From the IMG/VR virus record IMGVR_UViG_3300050026_000388, positions 1 to 64,000 of that record: a stretch of 64,000 bases of DNA; one strand, given 5' to 3'. Below, in pieces: positions 20,744 to 30,539 of this stretch. This DNA is from a virus. The notes under the pieces are model-generated. The model made no database searches. It saw only the letters and a list, made by a program, of their open reading frames with translations, and was not told the DNA's origin. The stretch's first letter is position 1. Every line of letters begins with the position of its first letter. The translations under genes and the position numbers were made by a program.

Positions 20744-21256
20744 TCACAAGAACTTAGCTAGCGTATCGTCTGTCGTTTCCCCTTCTTTTGTTGAGAGTCC
20801 TAAGAAGTCGCCTATGAGCCACCACGCCTCAATATACTTCTCATATTCGGCAGGGCCGTTTGGTCTCGGCAGATTAATATAAAGCTTAACACCCAATTTG
20901 CCCGTTAATGCTTGTGCGGGAACTATGTAAAACTTTGATTCGGGAAATACGTAGAAAAAGAAAAAATTTACATCGCCCAAGTTATAGATTTGCTTTTTTC
21001 CACTCCCAGCTCCGTGTTGGATAGTAACAGCATAAAATTGGCTCTTCCCGACGACACCCTTACTATTTGTCGCCTTGACTTGTATTTTACATATATTCTC
21101 GGTTAGCTGCTCGTCTTTTTTCCTTATCTCAATATCGTGTAATTGGTTATTTTCCACCTTACTAACGATACAGCCCTCAAAAAGTGTGCCAAGTTTGATA
21201 ATGGCTAAATCCTCGGCCGCCCTACCTAGTTTATCGGTGTGAGCTACGTTCCTCAT
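20744..21256 (-). CDS. PD-(D/E)XK endonuclease (group I intron-associated type)
   Basis: GRAAE..HDIEI..KIQVKAT..FYIVP. Confidence 0.75.
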   Translation of the reverse strand: MRNVAHTDKLGRAAEDLAIIKLGTLFEGCIVSKVENNQLHDIEIRKKDEQLTENICKIQVKATNSKGVVGKSQFYAVTIQHGAGSGKKQIYNLGDVNFFFFYVFPESKFYIVPAQALTGKLGVKLYINLPRPNGPAEYEKYIEAWWLIGDFLGLSTKEGETTDDTLAKFL

Positions 21257-21340
21257 TATCTGGTTCCTGTCGCCGTAGAAGGCTTTGGAAACATGTTACT
21301 CATTTTCTCAAGGATAATAACAGTTGCTATGTTTCACCGC

Positions 21341-21392
21341 TTTCACCAACCGCAGATTCACCATTGGTTCTCACCTAAGTTTCACCAGAGCC
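21341..21392 (-). repeat. Right terminal inverted repeat
   Basis: Reverse complement is ggctctggtgaaacttaggtgagaaccaatggtgaatctgcggttggtgaaa. Confidence 0.9.
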
Positions 21393-21404
21393 CGTTTTCG
21401 GCAA

Positions 21405-21517
21405 TTATATATACCTTTAGGCTAAATACACTAAGTAGTGAAACAACACCGGCGCGAGGGGCTTCATGATTCATCACATGCACCCCCTACCCTCGCGCCC
21501 CCTCCGATTCTTTTTTG
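21405..21517 (+). promoter_or_regulatory. TATA box plus leader hairpin and T tract upstream of the SSB-like gene
   Basis: TTATATA at 21405. GGCGCGAGGG (21451) pairs with CCCTCGCGCC (21490), followed by TTCTTTTTT. Confidence 0.5.
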
Positions 21518-21546
21518 AGAGGTGAACTGAAAATGGAGAATGGTAA

Positions 21547-22014
21547 ATGGCAAAAAGATTTATGACACCAGAAGAAGTTCGGTTTGATGCGGGCGATGCA
21601 GACAATGACGACGCAAAGCCGTACACCGAACTAGAAACGCGCGAGGACTTTCAGCATGAATCGTTCAAGCTGGAAAACCCACCTTATATAACAACAATCC
21701 CAGAGGGTACCCACCCATCGGAAATCGTAAAACTCCGCAGGGCAGAGGCGCCAAGCTTCACCGACCCAACCGTGATGGAAGACAAGATTATAGTTCTTTT
21801 TAAAACCGAGTATGGAAACATACAAAAGACTATGAATCTCAAGTTCCACGAACTAAGCACCCTGGGGCATTTTCTTAGTGCTACACTCGGCGAGATTCCT
21901 GCAAGCATCGACAGTGACGACCTAATCGGCCGCAAGGTGAAAATAACAATCTTACATAAAGAGAAAGGCGAGAATACATACGCGAATATTGTGGATTTTA
22001 AGAGGATGAAGTAG
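21547..22014 (+). CDS. Putative OB-fold ssDNA-binding protein
   Basis: DDLIGRKVKITI..YANIVDF is typical of phage SSB-like proteins. Confidence 0.55.
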   Translation: MAKRFMTPEEVRFDAGDADNDDAKPYTELETREDFQHESFKLENPPYITTIPEGTHPSEIVKLRRAEAPSFTDPTVMEDKIIVLFKTEYGNIQKTMNLKFHELSTLGHFLSATLGEIPASIDSDDLIGRKVKITILHKEKGENTYANIVDFKRMK

Positions 22015-22102
22015 CAAGAATAACCACTGGTTAACTCCACTAACGATTAATAACGCAACGTAAACACAAACTTTAAGCTAAGGTAAGCGAACCGTACAAA
22101 CC

Positions 22103-22333
22103 ATGAACCAAGGGGAACGGGAGCTGCTGCGGCAGGTGGCGGCGGAAAACATTAAGATGCAGGCGCGCTACGAGAACGTACTCATCGAACTCAGCAACCT
22201 CTGGACTTCTTTTAGGGAGCTCCAGGACTCACACGATGATTTTTATGAGCGGGCAATGGCGTTCCACGCCGAGGCGCTGAAGAGCGACCCTGCAAGAGCT
22301 AAACTTGTCGAAGAGCTAAAATATAAGCAGTAG
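22103..22333 (+). CDS. Hypothetical helical protein
   Basis: ORF with an upstream operator-like site at 22021. Confidence 0.55.
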   Translation: MNQGERELLRQVAAENIKMQARYENVLIELSNLWTSFRELQDSHDDFYERAMAFHAEALKSDPARAKLVEELKYKQ

Positions 22334-22421
22334 TTACGTGGCGGCGGCATCGCAGGAGCACCGACTGCCGCTGCCGTGACCGCAGCTGGTCTACAGTAAC
22401 CGTCGGCCGGCTGCATTTTTT
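22333..22421 (+). ncRNA. Tandem GC-rich hairpins plus U tract (structured RNA or terminator)
   Basis: Stems at 22333-22380 and 22382-22414 with G-U pairs, followed by a T run. Confidence 0.35.
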
Positions 22422-22434
22422 ATTACAGAGGCGA

Positions 22435-22812
22435 ATGGTAAGACCTAAACATTGTTTGTGCGGGGCGCGTTTAGATTATTCAGCCACCGACGGTAAAGTC
22501 CATTTAGCCTGTTCCTCATGTGAGCGCAATTATCCTCTTGACGGCACGATTAACACTGGTCAAGATATTACGCTTGATGATACCGATTATCATATTTTAA
22601 GACATATAGCGTTTGTAGCATACTCCTGCCCGAATGAGCTAATAAGATGCGGGATTTCCTACGCTACAGTCATCCGCCGCGTTAGGCGGCTGGCAAAGGC
22701 GGGTTATTTACACTTACACAAAAAGAACAACCACAGATTATTTTTATACCGCACCGAGCGGCTGGAAGCGCTAGCGGCAGAGAAGAAGTGGTGTGGGTTG
22801 AAGAAGAAATGA
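22435..22812 (+). CDS. Zn-ribbon plus winged-helix regulator
   Basis: CLCG..CSSC, then LDDTDYHIL..ISYATVIRRVRRLAKAGYL. Confidence 0.7.
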   Translation: MVRPKHCLCGARLDYSATDGKVHLACSSCERNYPLDGTINTGQDITLDDTDYHILRHIAFVAYSCPNELIRCGISYATVIRRVRRLAKAGYLHLHKKNNHRLFLYRTERLEALAAEKKWCGLKKK

Positions 22813-23558
22813 GAGTTTGTCCATATTGCCACAAAGAGTTTGATGAGCCGCATCAGTTTAAGATATGTGATGCTTGTCGAATGCGTTGTAGGGAAAATGA
22901 AGTTAAGCGGCGAGCAAGAGCAAAAGCCAATTTTGGGAATATTTGTCCCCAATGTCTAAAACCGTTGGAGTCAACACAATACAAGCTGTGTGCTGCATGT
23001 AGGGCATACCAAAGAAGCAGAGCAGATTATAAAGTGAAATGGGCGCAGAAAAACAGACAGAAGCGTATAGCGGCGGGGCTTTGCGCGCACTGCGGCGAAC
23101 CGAACGATTCAGAAGGGTTTAAGCATTGTAGTAAATGCCGCGAGGACGTGCGCGAATGGTTTGATAATCACCCAGATTACGCTAGTGTATATATGGCCAC
23201 GTGGCGTGAAGATAACCAAGAGATGCGCCGCGAGTACCAGAAAGGTTGGTATGATGGGAACTATGAGCGGTACAAAGTGTATAACCAGAACCGTAAGGCC
23301 CGCAAATTAGGGAACGGTGGAGAACTTCCTCAAGGTATAGAAACCGTGTTATTTGAGCAGCAAGAGGGACTTTGTTACCTTTGTGGGGAACTGTTGTACC
23401 GTGGATTCAATGACCCATTAAGCATTGACCATCTAGTGCCAATCTCGCGTGGTGGCCGGAACGACACATCAAACGTTAAGTTGGCGCACTTGAGCTGCAA
23501 TATGAAGAAGAGCATAAGAACACACGACGAATACTTAGAACACCTATCGAAACTATAA
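22788..23558 (+). CDS. HNH endonuclease with tandem Zn fingers
   Basis: NRKARKLGNGG..CYLCG..IDHLVPISRGG..HLSCN. Confidence 0.85.
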   Translation: MVWVEEEMRVCPYCHKEFDEPHQFKICDACRMRCRENEVKRRARAKANFGNICPQCLKPLESTQYKLCAACRAYQRSRADYKVKWAQKNRQKRIAAGLCAHCGEPNDSEGFKHCSKCREDVREWFDNHPDYASVYMATWREDNQEMRREYQKGWYDGNYERYKVYNQNRKARKLGNGGELPQGIETVLFEQQEGLCYLCGELLYRGFNDPLSIDHLVPISRGGRNDTSNVKLAHLSCNMKKSIRTHDEYLEHLSKL

Positions 23559-23562
23559 CTAA

Positions 23563-24093
23563 ATGGTTGCACCGAATTTCCAAAAAGACTTAGCATTTAG
23601 CATGAACCCTAATTACCTTCAACTTATCGAGGAGTTCTACAGAAATTTCTTTTCACCACTAGGTCACGTTGAAATAAAACGTATAACGGAAATCGATGAG
23701 CAGCGCCGTGGCTACGATACCTTGATTATAATCGACGGCGGGGAACAGTATATAAAATGCGAGCAAAAGGTCGATAGACATGATAGTCCGAATATAGTCT
23801 TAGAATTATGGAGTGACGCATACAAGAAGCCAGGTTGGCTGAAAACGGCAAGGTGCGATTGGCTTGCATATACATACATAAACAAGGGAATAACTCAAAT
23901 GATACCATTCCCAGCGTTAAAAAAGGCATTTGCCGAACGAGAGCCAGAATGGCTAGACACATACAGAATAGTAACTATAGAAAATAAAGGGTGGAATACC
24001 GAGATTATGCTTGTGCCATTAGAAGATTTGTGGCGAGCCATTCAAGAAACCCTCATTCACGACCACGCGATTAATCACGGCGAGAGGTGGTGA
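23563..24093 (+). CDS. PD-(D/E)XK-fold nuclease-like protein
   Basis: QRRGYD..CEQKVD..NIVLE..KPGWL..CDWLAY. Confidence 0.6.
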   Translation: MVAPNFQKDLAFSMNPNYLQLIEEFYRNFFSPLGHVEIKRITEIDEQRRGYDTLIIIDGGEQYIKCEQKVDRHDSPNIVLELWSDAYKKPGWLKTARCDWLAYTYINKGITQMIPFPALKKAFAEREPEWLDTYRIVTIENKGWNTEIMLVPLEDLWRAIQETLIHDHAINHGERW

Positions 24094-24094
24094 G

Positions 24095-24490
24095 ATGGAG
24101 ATAACGGGCCCAAACGAAGTAAAAATCACCAATGACGAACATATCTATGAACTGATTAAGCTGATTAAGCACAAATACGAAAACGTATGCCATTTTTATC
24201 GTGGGCCTTTATGGAAGACCGCCGAAAGGAAATACAACGATAAGCTAGTCTGGCGCTCGTTTCATTTGATAAACCACCACATTTATGAACTGCAAGAACG
24301 CGGCGACCTAAAAATAAAGAAGTCATACTGGCGGGTTAGCGGACGCGGTAATGTTAACCCCCTAAGCCGCGAGGAGGCTATTGAGATTATCAGTAAAAGA
24401 ACCGATTACGTGGAAGACTCCGACCTTGGGGACCTCGGCCCGAACGATGACCCAGAGATACCGTACCGAACTCCAAATTGTGATTTCTGA
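24095..24490 (+). CDS. Hypothetical protein
   Basis: Tightly coupled ORF in the operon. Confidence 0.5.
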   Translation: MEITGPNEVKITNDEHIYELIKLIKHKYENVCHFYRGPLWKTAERKYNDKLVWRSFHLINHHIYELQERGDLKIKKSYWRVSGRGNVNPLSREEAIEIISKRTDYVEDSDLGDLGPNDDPEIPYRTPNCDF

Positions 24491-24492
24491 AT

Positions 24493-25050
24493 ATGACTGA
24501 AAGAACGTGCTCTCAATGTGGTAAACCACATAACGAGGATACGCGATGGTGTCCTGAGTGTAAGGCACGGAAGCGCAAGCACAACAAAGAGTACTATCCA
24601 ATAGAAAAAGAGAAAGATAACGCGCGCTCAAAGGCTTGGCGGGTAAAAAATCCAGAGAAGGTGAAAAAGAACAATGCAAAGAGGTACCTAGTAGACCCTG
24701 TTAAATACAGGCTTCAAGTCAAACAATGGGTATCTAGGAATCCCCAACGCAGAAGCATTATTTCAAATCGCTATTCACACAACCGCAGAGCTCGTATGAA
24801 CGGTAACGGCGGCAATTATACAAGCGACGAGTTAAATGCATTGATGGTTTCACAGGAGTATTCTTGTTTTTATTGCAGTAAGCCCTTCTTTGATAATACA
24901 TTAGATACTAAAATTCACGTAGACCACAAGATACCGATATCACGCGGCGGGAAAAACAACATAGCGAATATCGCACTGACATGCCCGCAATGTAACCTAT
25001 CTAAGAATGCAAGAACCGCCGAAGAGTTTATATCATTATTAAAAAAATGA
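24493..25050 (+). CDS. HNH endonuclease
   Basis: HNRRARMNGNGG..CFYC..HVDHKIPISRGG..CPQCN. Confidence 0.88.
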   Translation: MTERTCSQCGKPHNEDTRWCPECKARKRKHNKEYYPIEKEKDNARSKAWRVKNPEKVKKNNAKRYLVDPVKYRLQVKQWVSRNPQRRSIISNRYSHNRRARMNGNGGNYTSDELNALMVSQEYSCFYCSKPFFDNTLDTKIHVDHKIPISRGGKNNIANIALTCPQCNLSKNARTAEEFISLLKK

Positions 25051-25796
25051 ACCTAAAAAGGACATATAGAAAAGGGATTGGTCGAGTTTATATCGACGAA
25101 AACAAGCGGGAGTACCCCAGTGTAACTACCGTCCTCGGCTCAACACTGAAACCAGGCGAATGGCTTGGTAGTTGGCAGGACCGCGTACGGCGGGGGTGTT
25201 TTGTTGAAAGATACGAGGAAGCAAAACTGAAGGACGAAAACAACATCCCGGTGTATGACCTCTACGATGAATCCCTTAAATACCCCAACGCATATCGCGA
25301 CGCTGCCGGTAGGCGGGGGACGCTTTACCATAATGCAATCGAGGCTTATTTCAACGGCACCCAAGTAGATTCGTTTATTGCCGAGGACCCGCGGATTAAG
25401 GACATATTAACCGCCATTTCTGAATGGGAAGAAAAGACCCAACTTGACCCAATTAAAGTAGAGTATTACATAGCGAGCCCCCGTTGGGGATACGCCGGTA
25501 CAATAGACTTAATGGCTTATCAGACAATCGATGGTAGGAAGACACTTTGTCTTTTCGATTTTAAGACTGGAAGCTTGCAGCGCGATTCTTTACTTCAATT
25601 GGCCGCCTATGCATCAGCCTTTGAGGAAAACCACGGCAGTAGGCCGGATAAAGCGGCATTTGTGAAGGTAGATATAGATAAAGGTACTGTAAAAGAAGAC
25701 AAACCACTTTCTTATCATGACATCGCAGTGCATACTGAGATGTTTCTAAAAGCCTTTGATATCTGGAAATGGAGAACCCTGAAGTGTTTCAACTAG
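25047..25796 (+). CDS. Phage PD-(D/E)XK exonuclease (Cas4/lambda-exo-like)
   Basis: YPSVTTVL..RGTLYH..GYAGTIDL..DFKT..QLAAY. Confidence 0.85.
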   Translation: MNLKRTYRKGIGRVYIDENKREYPSVTTVLGSTLKPGEWLGSWQDRVRRGCFVERYEEAKLKDENNIPVYDLYDESLKYPNAYRDAAGRRGTLYHNAIEAYFNGTQVDSFIAEDPRIKDILTAISEWEEKTQLDPIKVEYYIASPRWGYAGTIDLMAYQTIDGRKTLCLFDFKTGSLQRDSLLQLAAYASAFEENHGSRPDKAAFVKVDIDKGTVKEDKPLSYHDIAVHTEMFLKAFDIWKWRTLKCFN

Positions 25797-26207
25797 ACAC
25801 AGCCGACCCGATGCTAGCGGTCGCGGTATTCATAGCGCTGCTGGCTGGCTTCAGCCTCGGCCGCATTATCGTGGCGTGGCTGGACATGCGCTCATTGCGG
25901 CGCGAGGAGGAATTAAACGGTATGCGGTGGGGGAAGATGCGGTGACTACGAAAGAATGGAAACCAAATGATGAACTTACTTTTGCATTACAAGCATTAGA
26001 TAAACTCAACGATGAGAATGAACAACTCAAGCGCGATATAGAATACCTAGCAGCAGAGCGCGTTGCCGAGAAAAAGCGCGCGGAGAAGCTGGAAGGGCAG
26101 ATGAAAACAATGCGTACCCTCTACGAGGCTGAGGCAAATGAAGCGGATGACCTAGCGCACGAAATATCTCGGTTAAACGCGGTTATAAAGGAGTATGAGA
26201 TTCATTC

Positions 26208-26708
26208 ATGAGAATATACGTCCCTTACACCACCCTACAACCGCACACTGAGATGGTTCTTACTGGCTATGATTATGAGCTGGTACGAATGGTCAATGAC
26301 AACAGCTACAACGATTACCTTCAAGAACGCTGGCAGGAAAGAGAATCGTTCATCAACTGCGAACACGACGTAGTTTTCTGGTGTGGGGCAATAGAATCAT
26401 TAGAACGCTGTATAGAACCGTGGTGCGCGTTTGGGATAGATAATGAGCATATATTCGCGGACGGTGCGCCACCCACCCTAAACCTAATGAAATTCACTCG
26501 CAGATTTATACAAAAACACCCAGGCATATGGAACGACGTAATTTTTAAGAAACAGACCGAACCGAGTGAAATTAACAAACCACTATGGAAAGTAAATGAT
26601 TATTGGCTAAGTAGGTTGCTGGCCGAAAAAGGAATTATCTGCCACCAGCATTTCCCGCCGGTAATGAACGCGAATCCGATAAAGGAAAGTGTAGAGATTT
26701 ATATTTAG
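26208..26708 (+). CDS. Glycosyltransferase-like (GT-A) protein
   Basis: FINCEHDVVF DxD-like motif. Confidence 0.4.
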   Translation: MRIYVPYTTLQPHTEMVLTGYDYELVRMVNDNSYNDYLQERWQERESFINCEHDVVFWCGAIESLERCIEPWCAFGIDNEHIFADGAPPTLNLMKFTRRFIQKHPGIWNDVIFKKQTEPSEINKPLWKVNDYWLSRLLAEKGIICHQHFPPVMNANPIKESVEIYI

Positions 26709-26720
26709 GAGACAAATAAA

Positions 26721-27773
26721 ATGACACATTCAATAGCATATGGAATAGCAGCAGAATCGTATTCTAACCTTGCCGCACTCAAGAACGCGGGGATAATCGA
26801 TGCGCACCTCGTCCTACACGGTGGCGGCGTTACACTCCCGGCGCAATTCCCAAAAGATTGTGCGGCGGCCGGGATGAGTCCTATAGCTAATGTGGGTAAT
26901 GATGGGATTCCTGGGTGGAACGGAAGCCCCAGTTACTATCAAAACGCTGCCGCACTTGGCTATATGGCCGCAGGCGGCGAGAGCGAACAAGCCCCCGAAA
27001 TGGATGCCATTATGGACAATCTTATTTTCATGAACTATGGTGGAGAAGGGACTCCCGGGGGAAACCAAGATGACGTATTTGCCGTCACACACCCTGGCGC
27101 TGTTCACGGCCACGGCTGTGCTTCGTGGCTTGAAACCTATGGAAGTGCGGATGACTTCTGGAACTGGAACACTGTTGGCGAAGGCGCTAAGAATGCGAAG
27201 GCGCATGGCTGTAAAGAAGTTGGTATCCTTGTAGGAAACTGGATGATGAATTATTCATCACCACAGAACTACATCGACTTAGGAAACGCATACGAAGCAA
27301 ACGGTGTTACACTTGCCGGTATAATGGTTTGGGCGGGGTATGGTAGTGAGATGAACTCACTTTATAATCAATTTGCTGGATGGTATAAAGCATGGCAAGC
27401 AGTATGGCCTGCTAATATGACAACGATTGATAAGAGGTTTGGAACCCCGACACCAGGCCCAGCGCCACCGGCACCAACAGTAATCCCCACAAACTTTACC
27501 TTCGGCATTCATGCGCTTGACCCAACCGCCAAAACAGTAACCTACGTAGGCACAGCGCTCGACGCAGCCAACCACCCAATCGCGAATGCGCAGATAAACA
27601 TCGACCGCGGCGCTCAACAGGCCGCGCCAGTGACGTATGCCGGTAAAGCAGTTTCAGGCGCAAACGGCGCGTGGAGCTTTACTACACCAGTAACAAGCGG
27701 CGCGAACTACTTCTGGTTTGTCACAAAAGATGGCCGAAAAGGGTACTGGAGTAAGGACGTTGTGTGGGTATAA
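26721..27773 (+). CDS. Putative glycoside-hydrolase-like lysin with C-terminal binding domain
   Basis: N-domain is paralogous to 1041..2714, then a PT linker. C-domain is paralogous to that of the C1A peptidase 41128..42249. Confidence 0.55.
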   Translation: MTHSIAYGIAAESYSNLAALKNAGIIDAHLVLHGGGVTLPAQFPKDCAAAGMSPIANVGNDGIPGWNGSPSYYQNAAALGYMAAGGESEQAPEMDAIMDNLIFMNYGGEGTPGGNQDDVFAVTHPGAVHGHGCASWLETYGSADDFWNWNTVGEGAKNAKAHGCKEVGILVGNWMMNYSSPQNYIDLGNAYEANGVTLAGIMVWAGYGSEMNSLYNQFAGWYKAWQAVWPANMTTIDKRFGTPTPGPAPPAPTVIPTNFTFGIHALDPTAKTVTYVGTALDAANHPIANAQINIDRGAQQAAPVTYAGKAVSGANGAWSFTTPVTSGANYFWFVTKDGRKGYWSKDVVWV

Positions 27774-28269
27774 TGACAGAGAATAAGATTATATTTCCAA
27801 CGGGTAGATTTATTCTTGACGGCCCGATAATAGTTGAAGGGTGTATTGAGATTCGTGGAACGTTAACCCAAGGATTTTGGGATACATTCAAACCAAAATT
27901 TCTTAGTAGAAAGAAAAGATGACACGACCGTGTGAATGTGAAACTTGCACAAGAATAGACCGTGATGAAGGCATCATCGCCTTCGAAGGGGTAGGAGAAA
28001 CAATCTTCTGCCGGTTCCGTGACGTGTGGGTTTCGAGAGGCTGCGTCTGCGAGGAATTTTGGCCGCAATGTTGGTAACTAGGGACTAAAAATGCCGCTAA
28101 AGCACACAAAGAAATGCACAGAAGCAAAAGCCGAACGCAATAAGGGTAAGTATAAACCAGTCTATATCACCCAGGAGCATCACGACAGAATAGTCGCCAA
28201 AGCAAAGGTTGAGATGTGTACGAATGCGCATGTTGGAGAGTGTCTGATACAACAATTCCTTGATTCGTT

Positions 28270-28659
28270 ATGACAAACAACTGCCCCCACTGCAAAGGAT
28301 TGATAGACAACCCCCGATACGTCACCTGCAGCCGCTGCCGGCAGAAGGCGGCCGCTGCCTCCAAAAGGCGGCGGGATGCGCGTAAGGATGCAGGAAAGTG
28401 TTCAATTTGTGGGGCAGCAAAAGCAGACGATGGTTTCACTAGGTGTTTGACCTGCAGAGAAAAAGACCGGAATTACCGCCCCCGCAGACGGCCGGATTTC
28501 AAACATGAGCCAATGCATTCGGTAAATGCAAAAGTCCAAATTAAAACTGAGTTCATAGAGCTGCTAGAGGAAAAGGCGGCAGAGAAAGGAGTGAGCAAAC
28601 AAATAGTTTTTGAAGAGTTGATTGATAAATACATTGAGAAGGTTGTGGTGTGGGGGTAA
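28270..28659 (+). CDS. Zn-finger plus RHH-like protein
   Basis: Four CxxC pairs and a C-terminal VQIKTEF..GVSKQIVFEELI. Confidence 0.55.
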   Translation: MTNNCPHCKGLIDNPRYVTCSRCRQKAAAASKRRRDARKDAGKCSICGAAKADDGFTRCLTCREKDRNYRPRRRPDFKHEPMHSVNAKVQIKTEFIELLEEKAAEKGVSKQIVFEELIDKYIEKVVVWG

Positions 28660-28688
28660 AAAATGAAGCAAAGAGGAGAAGTTTATAA

Positions 28689-29258
28689 ATGGCAATAAAA
28701 GTTAATCAAAAAAGCGTTTTTGCGAGCAAGACGATGTGGGCGTCCGGAATTACGATTGCTCTCGGCTTAATAGCAAGCCATACCGGCGTCACTTTCGTCG
28801 CAGGCGAAGCAACAACGATAATGGGTTTTATATTCATGATATTGCGGTTGGTGACTAACAGCGCGATAAATTTAACAGTTCCTACAGGGGCGGCAGATGT
28901 GCCTGTGGAACCTGACCCCGTACCAACACCAGAGCCAACGCCTGAGCCGACACCAGAACCAATGCCCGCACCAGTTCCTGAGCCGACACCAGACCCAGCG
29001 CCGCCAGTTCCAGAACCAGAACCAGAGCCGCCGGCCCCCGAACCACCAGCGCCAGTAACACAAGCCTATAAAAGCAGTACAGGAACGCAAGGAGTGGTTC
29101 TCACAGCGCCAGAGGGAATTACCATAATGACGCCATCAATAACGCTGGAATCTATGCAAGACAGCCACGAAATCAATGACGAAGTTAGAGGTAAGATATT
29201 CACAGCTATGCGTAAGATGGATGTGGCCCCGATGCTGCCGGAAGCTAAGGATAAATGA
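28689..29258 (+). CDS. Holin-like N-terminal TM domain with Pro-Glu-rich stalk
   Basis: KSVFASKTMW..FMILRLVT, then (PEPT)n. Confidence 0.55.
   Translation: MAIKVNQKSVFASKTMWASGITIALGLIASHTGVTFVAGEATTIMGFIFMILRLVTNSAINLTVPTGAADVPVEPDPVPTPEPTPEPTPEPMPAPVPEPTPDPAPPVPEPEPEPPAPEPPAPVTQAYKSSTGTQGVVLTAPEGITIMTPSITLESMQDSHEINDEVRGKIFTAMRKMDVAPMLPEAKDK
28905..29055 (+). repeat. Degenerate coding repeat (PEPT/PEPE)
   Basis: Low-complexity Pro-Glu tract. Confidence 0.7.
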
Positions 29259-29623
29259 AAACATACTGCGCCGACTGCGGCAAAGAACTACCTACTTCCC
29301 ACTTTACCGTAATCGCCGGCGAGGTGTTCTGTCAAACGTGTGAGGATAAACTGATAAGGCAATACCTAGAAACAGCTGGGTTTGCGTGGAGATTAGAACA
29401 AGACTTCAGCACGAAGAAAACGGAGAATGGGAGACACTACGGCTAAAGGTCCTAAAGGGTAATAAAATGGCATTAGTCTGCAAAAACGTCGCGTCCAAGC
29501 ATTTCGGATATCAGTGCATCCACAGGTATAGTGGAGACGATAAATATATGCTGGAGCGCCTTTGCAGGCCGTGTTTGGAAGAACAGAAGTTAGAGAACGA
29601 AGTGGGAAAAAATGGGTAACTAA

Positions 29624-30190
29624 ATGACTCCTTGTTTGGATTGGAAAGGTGGAAAGAATTCGTGGGGTTATGGTCATATCTGGGATAAAGAAAAGAAAAA
29701 GCAAGTTAGAGCCCATAGATATTATTATGAAAAGTTAGTAGGTCCGATTCCTAAAGGTATGCTTGTGTGTCACAAATGCGATAACCGTGCATGTATTAAT
29801 CCCGAACATTTATTTTTAGGAACACATAAGGATAATACACAAGATGCGGTCAAAAAAGGGCGTATTAAGTTTCCGCTAATCATTCTTAAAGGGGAACAGA
29901 GCAATAGTGCGAAATTATCTCAAAAACAAGTCGACGAAATTCGTGCAGAATATTCACCGCGTTTGGTAACTAAACAGCAATTAGCTCAGAAATTTGGTGT
30001 AAGTTTAGGTACTGTCTACAACATCGCCCACAGTAAGTATCTCGGGACAAGAAAACTAACACAAGAACAAATCAATGAGATTAGGGTAAACTGCCCCCCA
30101 CATAAAGTGACGTGTCGAAGCCTAGCTGAGAAATTTGGGGTGGCTGAAAGCACAATTAATCGTATAGTGCTCGGTAAGTATTGGAAGTGA
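29624..30190 (+). CDS. HNH_3 endonuclease with two C-terminal HTH repeats
   Basis: RAHR..VCHKCDNRACINPEHLFLGT..DN, plus duplicated KL(S/T)Q.Q..EIR..LA.KFGV. Confidence 0.88.
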   Translation: MTPCLDWKGGKNSWGYGHIWDKEKKKQVRAHRYYYEKLVGPIPKGMLVCHKCDNRACINPEHLFLGTHKDNTQDAVKKGRIKFPLIILKGEQSNSAKLSQKQVDEIRAEYSPRLVTKQQLAQKFGVSLGTVYNIAHSKYLGTRKLTQEQINEIRVNCPPHKVTCRSLAEKFGVAESTINRIVLGKYWK

Positions 30191-30539
30191 TAGTATCCCC
30201 CATTATGCCTTATGTTGTAACTGCGCCAAAACGCATGATTCTGCCTATAATAGTTTTTATTGTTCGGCGCGATGTATTGTAATACCAAACGAAGAGGTAA
30301 TATGTCGTTGTGAATATTATACGCGGCGGAGTGATACGGAGATAGCGCAGTGACGCGACTCCCAACATTGAAGGAATTTCTAAAGCCATATCGCAAAGAA
30401 TATGAGGACCACCCAGATGAACATAAGTATATTTCCCGCGAAGAATATGAAAGACAGTGGGAGAGCTACTATTACGAAACAATCGGGCGGGGATTTATGA
30501 AACGATATGGTAAAGAAGCTACTGCAAAGGTGATTAAGG

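Larger units (their letters stand above)
16553..21392. mobile_element. IS6-family cargo transposon (4,840 bp)
   Basis: Ends are GGCTCTGGTGAAAC inverted, with 44/52 identity over 52 bp. 8-bp direct repeat CGTTTTCG at 16545-16552 and 21393-21400. Internal DDE transposase. Confidence 0.92.

Noticed and set aside
25047-25796. cas4 / CRISPR adaptation gene
   Set aside because: It lacks the Fe-S Cys cluster and CRISPR context, so it is an ordinary phage exonuclease.
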